The notes beneath the pieces are model-generated. The model searched no databases. It saw only the letters and a program-made list of their open reading frames with translations, and was not told the DNA's origin. Positions 30,901 to 43,109 of a stretch of 64,000 bases of DNA are shown in pieces. Position 1 is the stretch's first letter; each line of letters begins with the position of its first letter. This DNA comes from TPA_inf: Saccharomyces (taxonomy: Eukaryota), in the NCBI GenBank assembly GCA_000146045.2, contig BK006941.2, positions 832,001-896,000 on the forward strand. The letters are read 5' to 3'. The position numbers and the translations under genes are program-made.

Positions 30901-33753
30901 AAACTCGGTAGTATCTTCAGTTAGGTAGTCAGGAACTGATCTTAGTAGCTTTGAATACGAAAGGGGTTTCATGTAAAGGTTATAAATGATTGAATTTTTG
31001 ATTTGATCCATTCTTCTATCCTTTAGAGAAGAGAAAGTTTTAAAATATTGTCTTTCGGTCAATATTTGATAAATAAAGGCAATGAATTGTTGAATGATGA
31101 ATGAAATTTTATCCTCATAGACAGTGTGTTGATAGTCAACTTCACCTGTAAACCAGTCTAGTAATTCCCATCTATCAAGAATATTGTATATTATTCTCGG
31201 AATGTCATCACGTTCCCAAAGGATAGCTAACTGATTCAAATGTATATCTCTGGAATAGGAACCTAATTCGGGATTGTTTTTATAATACGATGCTTGATGT
31301 AACACAGACATACCATTTCTTACCCAAAACCCGACGTCAATTTGAGAGCACAATACAACTGATCTCAAAGAGAAATCCGATATTTTCAGAAAATCTGAAC
31401 AGTCTTCTAACGCTTCGTATGCATCCTTTAAAGACACTTTTTCGATAAGGAATGAAAGCATTGTTTGTAAAGGATTCATAAATGCAACTCTTTCGTGGCT
31501 TACGCTAAACTTAATGACTTCATGAGAATCATATATTAACTTGTATGTTAGTGATCTATTGCCTAGAAATGAACTGATAATTCTTATTGCATTTAAAAAA
31601 AGCTTTGAATCAATGGAATCTTTTGATTTTTCGCTAACTTTTTCCGCTGTTTGAATAATACTGTAAATGGAGGTGGTATATTCTAAATAGGAGATGAAAT
31701 TTTGATCTTCGTGAAGAACATGTTCACCTTCTTTACGCTTTATCTTCCACGCTCCATTGAAGAGCTTGCAAAGAGTTAATAGAGATATTATTTCCTTAGG
31801 TCTCAATGGAATATTAGGATCATGTACCTTACTCAATAAAGTTTCAACTGTATACAACCCTTGCTTGAATGATATACTGTAACTCTTTGTTAAATTGCTT
31901 TTTTGAACTCTCTGCCAGATCAATACACCACCTTCCACCTTACAAAACTCCTTAAAAATGTCTATAATTGACCACACAATATCCAAAAAACTTTGGTTTT
32001 CGAAAATATTTTTGGCATTCGTAGGGCATGTAAATAACTGTACGACACACTCTCTTATAGCTGTTAGCTGAGGTTCTCTATCCATATATGCCACAGATCT
32101 TGTGATGTGGTTGAATATTTCGACTACCTGTTGACAGAAAATGGGCTTGTATAAATTTGAAGAGGCCAACGTTGGAATGATCACATTCTGAATATCTTTT
32201 CTCAGTCTTTTCCAATATCTGTTATCAAAATAAAGAATATGTTGTAATCTTGTATTAGAATATGTTCTTGATGTTGGAGTTTCTACATCATTTATCAATG
32301 GTGAAAGTGAATGGGTGCTTGATTCGGGTAGAATTTTGTGATGACCCAAAGGAATTTGATTGCCATCTGCAAGGATAGATAAATCGATGTATCTGTAGGG
32401 ATCATTCTTATCGAACTTGTTGCTGAAATATTTCTCCACCACCGGTGTCATATCACGACATTCTGTTGCATTTAAGTATTCTGAACACAGGGTTTTACCC
32501 ATCATGTTCCTAAAAGTGGTTTGGAAGGAGGAGTTTGGTATGTTTAAACAGTGTGTAATCCAAAGGATGATATACTTGCATGTTTCTTGATGAAGATATT
32601 CTGACCACGATGTTAAAGTGGCACTTAATCCATTCGTTTGAACAGCAAAAAAACCACCTAAGACAGATGATAAATCTTGTGAACATTTCAACATTGCTCG
32701 ACCTTCTCCGTCAATCCTGGATGTTAATAGATCAATGTGTACGTTATCTGGAACCCCCTGTCTCAAGGCAGTCGTAGCCTGCGAATAGTTATGATATTCA
32801 TCGTTATATATTATTACCGTGTAATTTTCGGGATCGATTTTCGCAAGCGATGGAGATGCCTCAGGGCTATTAGAGGGGCTCGTCTTTGCTGTTGTTGTTC
32901 CGTCAAACATATAATCGTTTTCATATTTTAAATCGTTTAAAAACTGCGCTCTTTCATACATTTTTCCCTGTTGTGTCATCTCTCTTAATTTGATAGTGAT
33001 ATCTTTCTGTATTGTGGGTAGAGGTTCGATATTCTGGTTAAAAACATCGATAAAATAGTCAAACACTTCTGCAAGAACCAACTCCACTAATGCTATATTC
33101 ACTGAATCATTCCATACATCTTCTTCCTTTATGTCGGCATTTGTGGCGGGATCTTCCGATATATCGTTTTCTTGTTCTTCAGCTTTGCAATGAAGTGGAG
33201 AATTCCAAGCTTCTTCATCTCCACAGTCACAAATTCCACTAGTGAATTCAGTACATATATCGGTACAAACATGATGATTCACATGATCTTTTGGATTAAA
33301 ACAATGAATACAAAGCACACAAGTATCATCGCAACCACACTCATGACACCTATACAAGGGTTCCCCTATTTTGAATTTCCTCCCACAATTTCTTCCGGTA
33401 TGTTTATGGACGTCTCCTATTCTGGATTCATCTATCTTATAAAACGGAATAGTTTGTTGAGATGTTATCTTATCAATATCCACAGCATCTTCTAAACTGT
33501 CAGGAAAAACAGTAAGCTCTGGGTTAGATAATTTTTGTTTTGGATGAGCATTGAATAAAGTAGGTAAGTTCTCTCCGCTGTTAGAAATGACAAAGTATAG
33601 ATATCTGTAAATGAACTCTTTAAGGGCTCTGCTCATGTCAGCCCTTTCAGTAGGACCTCTCGTATACCTAAAATAGGGGAGGTTATGAATAGACCTCAGT
33701 GTTCTCCTAATGTGACCTTGTAAAGATCCTAAATCATCATCAGCAACGGACAT
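27901..33753 (-). CDS. UBR1: E3 ubiquitin ligase N-recognin of the N-degron (Arg/N-end rule) pathway
   Basis: 1950-aa ORF with N-terminal UBR-box Cys/His cluster (CGRKFKIGEPLYRCHECGCDDTCVLCIHCF...) and a RING-H2-like region; size matches Ubr1. Confidence 0.95.
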   Translation of the reverse strand: MSVADDDLGSLQGHIRRTLRSIHNLPYFRYTRGPTERADMSRALKEFIYRYLYFVISNSGENLPTLFNAHPKQKLSNPELTVFPDSLEDAVDIDKITSQQTIPFYKIDESRIGDVHKHTGRNCGRKFKIGEPLYRCHECGCDDTCVLCIHCFNPKDHVNHHVCTDICTEFTSGICDCGDEEAWNSPLHCKAEEQENDISEDPATNADIKEEDVWNDSVNIALVELVLAEVFDYFIDVFNQNIEPLPTIQKDITIKLREMTQQGKMYERAQFLNDLKYENDYMFDGTTTAKTSPSNSPEASPSLAKIDPENYTVIIYNDEYHNYSQATTALRQGVPDNVHIDLLTSRIDGEGRAMLKCSQDLSSVLGGFFAVQTNGLSATLTSWSEYLHQETCKYIILWITHCLNIPNSSFQTTFRNMMGKTLCSEYLNATECRDMTPVVEKYFSNKFDKNDPYRYIDLSILADGNQIPLGHHKILPESSTHSLSPLINDVETPTSRTYSNTRLQHILYFDNRYWKRLRKDIQNVIIPTLASSNLYKPIFCQQVVEIFNHITRSVAYMDREPQLTAIRECVVQLFTCPTNAKNIFENQSFLDIVWSIIDIFKEFCKVEGGVLIWQRVQKSNLTKSYSISFKQGLYTVETLLSKVHDPNIPLRPKEIISLLTLCKLFNGAWKIKRKEGEHVLHEDQNFISYLEYTTSIYSIIQTAEKVSEKSKDSIDSKLFLNAIRIISSFLGNRSLTYKLIYDSHEVIKFSVSHERVAFMNPLQTMLSFLIEKVSLKDAYEALEDCSDFLKISDFSLRSVVLCSQIDVGFWVRNGMSVLHQASYYKNNPELGSYSRDIHLNQLAILWERDDIPRIIYNILDRWELLDWFTGEVDYQHTVYEDKISFIIQQFIAFIYQILTERQYFKTFSSLKDRRMDQIKNSIIYNLYMKPLSYSKLLRSVPDYLTEDTTEFDEALEEVSVFVEPKGLADNGVFKLKASLYAKVDPLKLLNLENEFESSATIIKSHLAKDKDEIAKVVLIPQVSIKQLDKDALNLGAFTRNTVFAKVVYKLLQVCLDMEDSTFLNELLHLVHGIFRDDELINGKDSIPEAYLSKPICNLLLSIANAKSDVFSESIVRKADYLLEKMIMKKPNELFESLIASFGNQYVNDYKDKKLRQGVNLQETEKERKRRLAKKHQARLLAKFNNQQTKFMKEHESEFDEQDNDVDMVGEKVYESEDFTCALCQDSSSTDFFVIPAYHDHSPIFRPGNIFNPNEFMPMWDGFYNDDEKQAYIDDDVLEALKENGSCGSRKVFVSCNHHIHHNCFKRYVQKKRFSSNAFICPLCQTFSNCTLPLCQTSKANTGLSLDMFLESELSLDTLSRLFKPFTEENYRTINSIFSLMISQCQGFDKAVRKRANFSHKDVSLILSVHWANTISMLEIASRLEKPYSISFFRSREQKYKTLKNILVCIMLFTFVIGKPSMEFEPYPQQPDTVWNQNQLFQYIVRSALFSPVSLRQTVTEALTTFSRQFLRDFLQGLSDAEQVTKLYAKASKIGDVLKVSEQMLFALRTISDVRMEGLDSESIIYDLAYTFLLKSLLPTIRRCLVFIKVLHELVKDSENETLVINGHEVEEELEFEDTAEFVNKALKMITEKESLVDLLTTQESIVSHPYLENIPYEYCGIIKLIDLSKYLNTYVTQSKEIKLREERSQHMKNADNRLDFKICLTCGVKVHLRADRHEMTKHLNKNCFKPFGAFLMPNSSEVCLHLTQPPSNIFISAPYLNSHGEVGRNAMRRGDLTTLNLKRYEHLNRLWINNEIPGYISRVMGDEFRVTILSNGFLFAFNREPRPRRIPPTDEDDEDMEEGEDGFFTEGNDEMDVDDETGQAANLFGVGAEGIAGGGVRDFFQFFENFRNTLQPQGNGDDDAPQNPPPILQFLGPQFDGATIIRNTNPRNLDEDDSDDNDDSDEREIW

Positions 33754-34335
33754 ATTGGAATGTTCTATGTAATTTGTGTGACCTGTAAAGATTAGGGACT
33801 TCAGTGAGAGAAAATAGTCAACTAATAGGATACAGTAAACTTCAACTGCCTTTGTCCGAAGATGCGAAGAAAAAGGAAGAAAGGTGGTAAAAAAACTTAA
33901 TAATGTATCGCAATAAGAAGGAGGGGCAAAGAAAGCAGGATGCTACTATTAAAATAGTTTGCTTTTGTTAAATGCCCAGTTTCACGCTATAAGTATGCAA
34001 AATTAAAGAATAAAAAGCCCAATGAGGAATAAAGCAGTTTTATTGAGGTGAGACTAAAAGGGTCTAGCAATGAAAACAATATATGTTTCCTTTTTAAAAT
34101 GTACCAAAGTCTTTATACTCGCTCGTTGATGTACTGGGCGTTATCAAAACTGTTTGCCACTGGGTAGTTGCCTTATGGTCACTATCTGCAAGTTAAATTC
34201 AATCGCAAGAGGAAGAGAAAATAAACCGTCGCATCACTTTTCTACACTTACCCGGTTATTAATTTTATAACGTTTATATGATATATCTTTTCTTATTTAT
34301 TATATTATGAATCGTGAAAACGGATTAAGCTATGC

Positions 34336-35520
34336 TTACAATTTGGTTTCCTCTAGTTTCGTGGCAATCTCGTTGGTCTTAGTAGCGCCTGGGTACTTAG
34401 TACCCTTATTCTTTGGTTTCTTAGCCTTTTTCGACTTTTGTGGTGTGGCAACTGGATAACCCTTTTCGGAGGCCTCTTGAAATTCCTTGTTGTTGGCAAA
34501 TTCTTGTCTGATTGGCTCCAATAGCTCGTTGATAGCGTCAGCAACACCAATTTTTAGATCAGGTGGGGACAATTTTTCTTCTTTAAAAGCCAATTTCATT
34601 TCTTCGAAGGATTTGTAGGTAATTGGACCACCGAACTTTTCTGGTCTATCAATGAAGAATTCGAAGTGATTTGTACCAAACTTCAATTCTTGGATTGGTG
34701 CAATGACATATTGGACAAATGACAGTAAACCATTCTCTTCGACGTTACCGGGGCTACAAAATGCACTATTGATCTTTTTCTTAACTTGCTTTGGTTCTTC
34801 CAAAAGGTCGATTTTTGAATTCGGATCAGAGGCAGACATTTTACCACCTTGAGCCAAACCTGGAACCATAGGGTTCATTAAATGTGCTCTTTTCTTGTAG
34901 CCCAAACTTGGTAAATTTTCTTCCGCTAAGACAAAAATTTTTCTCTGGTCGACACCACCAAATTGGCAATCAACATCTAAGAATTGTTCGTCCAACGCTT
35001 GCATTAAAGGATAGATAAGCCCACTCAATAATGGATTGGCGACTTGCTTGACAACATCAGCGCCTGCCCTTTTAGCATCGTTTTGTGAAACAATGTTGGA
35101 TAATCTAAAGATATCCATGGTATAGTCTGGAGTTAGCTGGTAAGAAGAGCCAACAACAAATTTTAGCTTTTCAATTGGAACATTGATGCTTCTCAAGATA
35201 GCTTTGATGGTCAATTCATAGTATTTGGCCCTATAGTTCACCACTTCCAATGGCGCCTTCATGTTGTCCAAAAAGGCGTGCAAGTCTGCTAAAAGAACAG
35301 TCACTTCACAACCTGCTTTCAAGAAATCAGCAAGCTTGGTCATAGGAACAAAATAACCACAATGAGGTCTTCCAGTGGGCGCGGTACCCCAGTATAATTT
35401 CAAATGTCTCTTTTGTACTTCGAGAACATCTTTGATGATTTGTGGGTTCAAGACTTCTTGCAAGTTCTTGGTAATGAGACCGAACGCCTCATTAGGGTCA
35501 ACCGTGGCAGCAGAGGACAT
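34336..35520 (-). CDS. TYS1: Cytoplasmic tyrosyl-tRNA synthetase
   Basis: 394-aa class I aaRS with HCGY (HIGH-type) motif ([13 protein letters not shown]), KMSAS (KMSKS-type) motif and a Lys-rich C-terminal tail. Confidence 0.94.
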   Translation of the reverse strand: MSSAATVDPNEAFGLITKNLQEVLNPQIIKDVLEVQKRHLKLYWGTAPTGRPHCGYFVPMTKLADFLKAGCEVTVLLADLHAFLDNMKAPLEVVNYRAKYYELTIKAILRSINVPIEKLKFVVGSSYQLTPDYTMDIFRLSNIVSQNDAKRAGADVVKQVANPLLSGLIYPLMQALDEQFLDVDCQFGGVDQRKIFVLAEENLPSLGYKKRAHLMNPMVPGLAQGGKMSASDPNSKIDLLEEPKQVKKKINSAFCSPGNVEENGLLSFVQYVIAPIQELKFGTNHFEFFIDRPEKFGGPITYKSFEEMKLAFKEEKLSPPDLKIGVADAINELLEPIRQEFANNKEFQEASEKGYPVATPQKSKKAKKPKNKGTKYPGATKTNEIATKLEETKL

Positions 35521-35773
35521 GTTATCGTCAATTAGAGTATGCGGTTATGGATGCTAATCTCTTTTTGACAATGACTAATTTGTATTCTGAAGAAAGAACA
35601 ATTAATTTTCATAAAATTTTTCTACTTTGTAAATGTTCGAGTTCCGTTCTTAGTGATGCTCGAATAAGGACCTTCTCGCCTCCATGATAAAATAAAAATT
35701 ATGATAGTAAGAAGTATGGATGGTTCGAAAGGTTGAAGAATAGCTAGGGAGGCCTATTCGAGTAAGCGCAAGG

Positions 35774-37981
35774 ATGTCCAGACGCAATCCACCAGGCAGT
35801 AGAAACGGGGGAGGTCCGACGAATGCCTCTCCCTTCATTAAAAGAGACAGAATGAGAAGAAATTTCCTGAGGATGAGAATGGGTCAAAACGGCAGCAATT
35901 CTAGTTCCCCAGGCGTACCAAATGGAGACAACAGCAGGGGATCTCTTGTCAAAAAGGATGATCCTGAGTATGCTGAAGAGAGAGAGAAAATGCTTTTGCA
36001 AATCGGTGTCGAGGCCGATGCTGGCAGGAGCAATGTTAAAGTAAAGGACGAAGATCCTAATGAATATAATGAATTTCCCTTAAGAGCTATTCCAAAGGAG
36101 GATTTAGAAAACATGAGGACACATCTTTTGAAGTTTCAGAGTAAAAAAAAGATAAACCCTGTAACAGACTTCCATCTTCCCGTAAGACTGCATAGGAAGG
36201 ATACGAGAAACTTGCAGTTTCAGCTAACAAGAGCAGAAATTGTTCAAAGGCAAAAAGAAATTTCTGAGTATAAAAAAAAAGCAGAGCAAGAAAGAAGTAC
36301 TCCTAACTCGGGTGGTATGAATAAATCAGGAACGGTCTCGCTCAATAATACTGTTAAAGATGGGTCTCAGACACCTACTGTTGATTCAGTTACTAAAGAC
36401 AACACGGCCAACGGTGTGAACTCCTCCATTCCTACTGTAACTGGCTCTTCTGTCCCTCCTGCTAGTCCTACTACTGTATCCGCCGTTGAAAGTAATGGAC
36501 TGTCAAATGGTTCAACTAGTGCAGCTAACGGTTTGGATGGCAATGCATCTACAGCGAATCTAGCTAACGGAAGGCCGTTAGTGACAAAACTAGAGGATGC
36601 AGGCCCAGCTGAAGACCCTACTAAAGTTGGAATGGTCAAGTACGACGGAAAAGAAGTGACTAACGAACCGGAATTTGAAGAAGGAACTATGGATCCACTA
36701 GCAGATGTGGCACCAGATGGAGGCGGTAGGGCCAAACGAGGAAATTTGAGAAGGAAAACTCGTCAATTAAAAGTTCTTGATGAGAACGCCAAAAAGCTGA
36801 GATTTGAGGAATTTTATCCATGGGTTATGGAAGATTTTGATGGGTACAATACATGGGTGGGTTCTTATGAAGCAGGTAACTCAGATTCTTATGTCTTGTT
36901 AAGTGTAGAAGATGATGGAAGTTTTACCATGATTCCTGCTGATAAGGTTTATAAGTTTACCGCAAGAAATAAATATGCTACTTTGACCATTGACGAAGCA
37001 GAAAAAAGAATGGACAAAAAAAGTGGTGAAGTGCCACGTTGGTTGATGAAGCATTTGGATAATATAGGTACAACTACAACTAGATATGACAGAACAAGAA
37101 GAAAGCTTAAAGCCGTCGCTGATCAACAAGCTATGGATGAAGATGATCGTGATGACAATTCAGAAGTAGAGTTAGATTATGATGAAGAGTTTGCCGATGA
37201 TGAGGAGGCACCTATTATAGATGGTAATGAACAAGAAAATAAAGAATCAGAACAAAGAATCAAGAAGGAGATGCTGCAAGCTAATGCGATGGGGCTTCGT
37301 GATGAAGAAGCTCCTTCCGAAAACGAAGAAGATGAGTTATTTGGGGAAAAGAAGATTGATGAGGATGGTGAAAGAATTAAGAAGGCATTACAAAAGACAG
37401 AACTTGCAGCACTATACTCATCGGATGAAAATGAGATCAACCCATACTTATCTGAATCCGATATTGAAAACAAAGAGAATGAATCGCCCGTTAAAAAGGA
37501 AGAAGATTCGGACACTCTATCCAAATCCAAGAGATCTTCTCCAAAGAAACAGCAAAAGAAAGCTACAAATGCGCATGTGCATAAAGAGCCAACTTTGAGG
37601 GTGAAAAGTATTAAAAACTGTGTCATTATCTTGAAGGGGGATAAGAAAATACTGAAAAGCTTCCCAGAGGGAGAATGGAATCCACAGACGACAAAAGCTG
37701 TAGATAGTAGTAATAATGCATCGAATACAGTGCCTTCGCCAATCAAACAAGAGGAAGGCTTGAATTCTACAGTGGCAGAAAGGGAAGAAACTCCAGCGCC
37801 TACAATAACAGAAAAAGATATCATCGAGGCTATTGGTGATGGCAAAGTCAATATCAAAGAGTTTGGAAAGTTCATCAGAAGAAAATATCCTGGCGCAGAG
37901 AATAAAAAGCTAATGTTTGCCATTGTAAAAAAATTGTGTCGAAAGGTTGGCAATGACCACATGGAATTAAAGAAAGAGTAG
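35774..37981 (+). CDS. TFG1: TFIIF large subunit (Rap74 homolog)
   Basis: 735-aa ORF with a long acidic/Ser-rich central region and a basic winged-helix-like C-terminus; position and size match Tfg1 (YGR186W). Confidence 0.9.
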   Translation: MSRRNPPGSRNGGGPTNASPFIKRDRMRRNFLRMRMGQNGSNSSSPGVPNGDNSRGSLVKKDDPEYAEEREKMLLQIGVEADAGRSNVKVKDEDPNEYNEFPLRAIPKEDLENMRTHLLKFQSKKKINPVTDFHLPVRLHRKDTRNLQFQLTRAEIVQRQKEISEYKKKAEQERSTPNSGGMNKSGTVSLNNTVKDGSQTPTVDSVTKDNTANGVNSSIPTVTGSSVPPASPTTVSAVESNGLSNGSTSAANGLDGNASTANLANGRPLVTKLEDAGPAEDPTKVGMVKYDGKEVTNEPEFEEGTMDPLADVAPDGGGRAKRGNLRRKTRQLKVLDENAKKLRFEEFYPWVMEDFDGYNTWVGSYEAGNSDSYVLLSVEDDGSFTMIPADKVYKFTARNKYATLTIDEAEKRMDKKSGEVPRWLMKHLDNIGTTTTRYDRTRRKLKAVADQQAMDEDDRDDNSEVELDYDEEFADDEEAPIIDGNEQENKESEQRIKKEMLQANAMGLRDEEAPSENEEDELFGEKKIDEDGERIKKALQKTELAALYSSDENEINPYLSESDIENKENESPVKKEEDSDTLSKSKRSSPKKQQKKATNAHVHKEPTLRVKSIKNCVIILKGDKKILKSFPEGEWNPQTTKAVDSSNNASNTVPSPIKQEEGLNSTVAEREETPAPTITEKDIIEAIGDGKVNIKEFGKFIRRKYPGAENKKLMFAIVKKLCRKVGNDHMELKKE

Positions 37982-38231
37982 GTTAGTTTATAATGTTATG
38001 TACTTAATAGGTTATTTAGTTTTCGTTCTTTTCATTCTTTCCTTTTTCTTTCCATTTAATCTTATGTAGTTACATTATACTGTCATTTTAGTTGCAGTAA
38101 GTATACTTTTTTATCTAGTCTTTTTTTCTGCCTTTTTTTTGAGAAAAGACTCAGAATTCTACTAAACTCTAATATATTGTTATTTCTGTATTATACAATT
38201 CTATGCTATGTGAACTGTCCTTGAAAGTGAC

Positions 38232-39419
<1,188 letters not shown>

Positions 39420-40043
39420 TCAATTTTTTGTTGATTTTTTTGAGCTATTTTTAATTTTTAAATTAAATTGATACCGTTTTAAGAAGAATAAACTTGTCGT
39501 TATTAGAGTAGGTGCGTCATAAATTGATGGATGAGATGAGAGAGCTCAATATGAAAAAATGAAAAAAAAAAAAATTTGAAAAAGCCCTTCGAGGAAGAAT
39601 AGGGAAAAATCTACAATAATAATTATCGTCTGGGGTGATAACAGAACACATCGAAAGGTAGCACTACCAGTAACATCCCAATTGGCTCTGCAGCTATTAG
39701 ATGAAATATACTGCGAATTGCGAATCAAGACATCTATTTTTTATTCTTGTTAGTTTTCGCGGTAACAAGTGGAGCAATTGCTACATACTCGATGTATGAA
39801 GAGCTTCAGTAAAATAATATCATAACATTATCGCCATTTTTTTGGTACTTGTTTTTCCATAAGTGACAGATGTCAAGATTAAAAAAGAATATATTTACTC
39901 AACCTGAGAACCTGCTAGTTTTATATTACCTTTTATATATTAATGTTACAATTGGCTCTACCTGAAGTTGTGTTGTCATTGCTATGGAATCTGGCAGGAC
40001 ACCAAAAAGTCACCTATGCGGGAGATGAAGGCATATTTATTCA

Positions 40044-43000
40044 CTAAAATCTCCTTGACGGTTTCCCCTTATATTGAAAATGTGATAACTCCTCTTCAAT
40101 GCTTAGAATTACGTTTCTTAAGTGATTTTCTGCGTGCTGTTCCAGATGGCTTTCTATCAAATTCCTTATTTCAACAATCTTTTCAGTCATCGGCAAAGCT
40201 TGATTGGAAGCTTGACCGCTATTTAACAGTAAATCAAATATAACGCCCCATATTTCTTTTTTCCAATACCTTTTGAATGGGTTCTTCAATTTGCATCGTC
40301 CATTCTGCAGCTGGATTGTTTCTATGAATTTTCCAAAAAGCATCGAATGTATGACGCCTGCTAATCCATAATAATCCGCTTCATAACTCCATGGCTTGCC
40401 CGCACGCATTTCCCAGCAATCTTGCTGATCAGCCTTCCAATTTGATTTGAATTTCGTTCCAGGTGGTAACAGTGTCATATCAAATGATCTACCGAAATCT
40501 ATTAAATAGATTCCCTTGTTTTCCCAGCCATCCTCTCCATTGCGCATATAATGAGCACCCAGGGGTTCGCCTGGTTTTTCTAATCTGATCATGCAGTTAT
40601 CTGGTTTCAAATCGCCATGTATTATTCCCACTTCATGTATCTTTTCAAGTACTTTCATTAGCTCGACAGTGATAAACATGCACAAATATTCATCCATTAT
40701 TCCGTTGCCGTCAATTGCCTTTTCCCGTTGTAAATTAATTAAATCCAAGACCGTACCTTGACTGGCGTAGTTTAAAACAAGGTAGCTCTCATCAAGGAAC
40801 AAGTGTAAAGCACTAGCGTTGATTATTGACTTTAATATTGTGCTCTTCCTCAACCTAAACTCCACTTGGCTCATTATGTAATATTCCCATACACTTGCAG
40901 GTTTTTCTACTTTCAACGCTCGCAGATGTCCTTGACTAGATTCTGCTAGATATACAGTGGCATAACCTCCTTCGCCTAATTCTCCGCGTATACAATATAA
41001 ATCACCCGTCTTCTTGAAGTCAACAATTGGGTTCTTGTTTTCGTTGCGGGATACCCTATGGATTTTTTTCAATAGAGAACTCATTTTCAATTCTTGGTTG
41101 TAGTTATAAAAGGTGTTATATTGGAATAATGGGGGCGAAATTTCGGATAAAAACTTCGCTCTTAAATTATTACTAAGTGGGTTTTCAATAATGACAGGCG
41201 GTTGATTTTTTATTTTAGTGAAGGGAGGTATGATCGTTGGGTAATGCTCTTTACTCTTTTCCGAATGTTCTGCAGTTTGTAAAAGCTTTTCTGCTTGTGG
41301 TTCAGGTTGTGTGAGAAATGGAGAACTTTGAATGGTTGTGCTTGTTAATTGAGTTTGTGTTTCTGTATTATCCCCCGATTTCTTATCTTCTGTCCTTATT
41401 TGTTCCTTAGGTGTCTGGATTATAGGTACCACATCTGTTTCAGTAGTTTCTTTTATAGGCGTCATGTAGTCTGCCTTTTCTGGCCGTGTGCTACTATTCG
41501 ACAATCTTTCATATCGATCGTTGGTTTCATTTGTTGAGGTAGTTTGTTGTGACACCGTCTCTTGTTTAGGATCTTTAACTTCAGTTAAATCTTCAATATT
41601 CTTTGCTGTAAATTCTTGGGTAAAATTTTCGAAGACGTTGAATTTACTTGTAGTGGTATCATCACCATCTAATAGCGCACCCGGGGTTGAATAATGTTGA
41701 TTGAACATGGAAAAGACCTCATTTATAGCGTCTTTTGAAAAAGCTGTTACTGTAGGTGAACGGGAAGCGTTGGATGTTAGTGAGGGCTTCACTGGTGTCT
41801 CATGCGCGAGGTTTCCATCAACCACAGGCTTCAAAGGTAAAATAGACGTTGTCGTTTGCACTTGTACCTGTGTATTTTTATGGTGTGTGCTCTGGCTGGG
41901 ATTATCGTCATCTTTAAACACCTCAATTCGCGTAGATTTGGGGACAACGGGTGGCTGTGATGAAGGTAAGTCTTGCCGTCTCTCTACCAGCACATCGAGC
42001 TTACGTTTCTTCCTATTTTTGTCACTTGTATAATCTTCGGTGTGCTTCTTACCTCTGCGCTGTACCTTGTAAAGTCCCTTAATCATTGCCAATATTTCTT
42101 CGGTGTTGAACTCCTCATCATTTTCTGGATATATTAGATTAAAATTAAAAACTATCCGTTCAGGTTTCCGTCCCGGAGTATTGATTAGTTTGTAGACTGG
42201 ATTGTTAGATTGCTTTTGATCTGCATATATTGAAGTTTTTTTATTTCCATTCTTCAAGCGTTGGTTAGAGGGCTGTTTAGAGCTATTCAAATTAAGCCTC
42301 TCTGTTTCTGACTTAAAGTCAGCAACCACTATAGAATCTTGATATACGTTAGGAGCAGACTTACCAACTCCAACATTAGAGTTCAGGTTCGCACGATTTT
42401 CCTTGTCATCAGTCATCAATGATGAGGTTAAAAATTTACGAATGAAAAATGGTGCTGTTCTATAAATTAACCTTCCCTTCAATCTTTCCCTTGAATCAGG
42501 TACACTGTTCTGGTTTTCTACGATGTTCATTTCTCGGAGTCTGTCTTCATAATTGCTTAATGACCTTAATAGTCTGTTGTAAGGCCTGCAATTGTTTTCA
42601 GCCCCTAGTTCTAATAACACCTTTGCTTCTAGAAAAAATTGAGCATTTTCTAGTAGCTTGGAGAACTCTTCATAAAATAACGAAAGCTTTGTTCCGATTC
42701 CCTTGTTAAACATATATTTAAAAGTATTTTCACTCTCGTGGAAGTTGTTGCTAAGAAACAAATTTATATACCAAATCCAAATTTTTAAAAATCTGGGATC
42801 GTTCCTATAGGTTTCCATATCTTGTATGTAAATCAAGCATCTTTCCATTGTACTTCGGAGAACTTCTTGACCTGATTCAGAATCTACTTCAATATAGCTG
42901 GTGCTAATCCATATCATATAATCTAAAAACAAATCTAAAGGATCATCCATATCCTCTAAATCATTTAGAAGTCTCTGTTCATAAGCTATTTTTGTCTGAT

Positions 43001-43109
43001 TCAGTTGACTATGCTGCTCTTTTTGAGATGAGCTAACGCCTTTCGATTGCGGAAATGTGTCTTTATCTGATTCATAGCCTCGTACAGTAGAACCTAAATC
43101 TAAATTCAT
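40044..43109 (-). CDS. BUB1: Spindle assembly checkpoint Ser/Thr kinase
   Basis: C-terminal protein kinase domain (HGDLKPDN, DFGRS), N-terminal TPR-like Mad3/Bub1 homology region. The track ORF (1029 aa) begins 8 codons upstream (MNVNADQE-MNLDLG); I recall annotated Bub1 as 1021 aa starting MNLDLGSTVRGYESD, giving a start at 43109. Confidence 0.9.
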   Translation of the reverse strand: MNLDLGSTVRGYESDKDTFPQSKGVSSSQKEQHSQLNQTKIAYEQRLLNDLEDMDDPLDLFLDYMIWISTSYIEVDSESGQEVLRSTMERCLIYIQDMETYRNDPRFLKIWIWYINLFLSNNFHESENTFKYMFNKGIGTKLSLFYEEFSKLLENAQFFLEAKVLLELGAENNCRPYNRLLRSLSNYEDRLREMNIVENQNSVPDSRERLKGRLIYRTAPFFIRKFLTSSLMTDDKENRANLNSNVGVGKSAPNVYQDSIVVADFKSETERLNLNSSKQPSNQRLKNGNKKTSIYADQKQSNNPVYKLINTPGRKPERIVFNFNLIYPENDEEFNTEEILAMIKGLYKVQRRGKKHTEDYTSDKNRKKRKLDVLVERRQDLPSSQPPVVPKSTRIEVFKDDDNPSQSTHHKNTQVQVQTTTSILPLKPVVDGNLAHETPVKPSLTSNASRSPTVTAFSKDAINEVFSMFNQHYSTPGALLDGDDTTTSKFNVFENFTQEFTAKNIEDLTEVKDPKQETVSQQTTSTNETNDRYERLSNSSTRPEKADYMTPIKETTETDVVPIIQTPKEQIRTEDKKSGDNTETQTQLTSTTIQSSPFLTQPEPQAEKLLQTAEHSEKSKEHYPTIIPPFTKIKNQPPVIIENPLSNNLRAKFLSEISPPLFQYNTFYNYNQELKMSSLLKKIHRVSRNENKNPIVDFKKTGDLYCIRGELGEGGYATVYLAESSQGHLRALKVEKPASVWEYYIMSQVEFRLRKSTILKSIINASALHLFLDESYLVLNYASQGTVLDLINLQREKAIDGNGIMDEYLCMFITVELMKVLEKIHEVGIIHGDLKPDNCMIRLEKPGEPLGAHYMRNGEDGWENKGIYLIDFGRSFDMTLLPPGTKFKSNWKADQQDCWEMRAGKPWSYEADYYGLAGVIHSMLFGKFIETIQLQNGRCKLKNPFKRYWKKEIWGVIFDLLLNSGQASNQALPMTEKIVEIRNLIESHLEQHAENHLRNVILSIEEELSHFQYKGKPSRRF

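Noticed and set aside
36367-37962. 122-, 261- and 125-aa ORFs antisense or out of frame within TFG1
   Set aside because: Low-complexity Ser/Leu/Phe-rich translations mirror the acidic/Ser-rich TFG1 coding sequence; no independent support.
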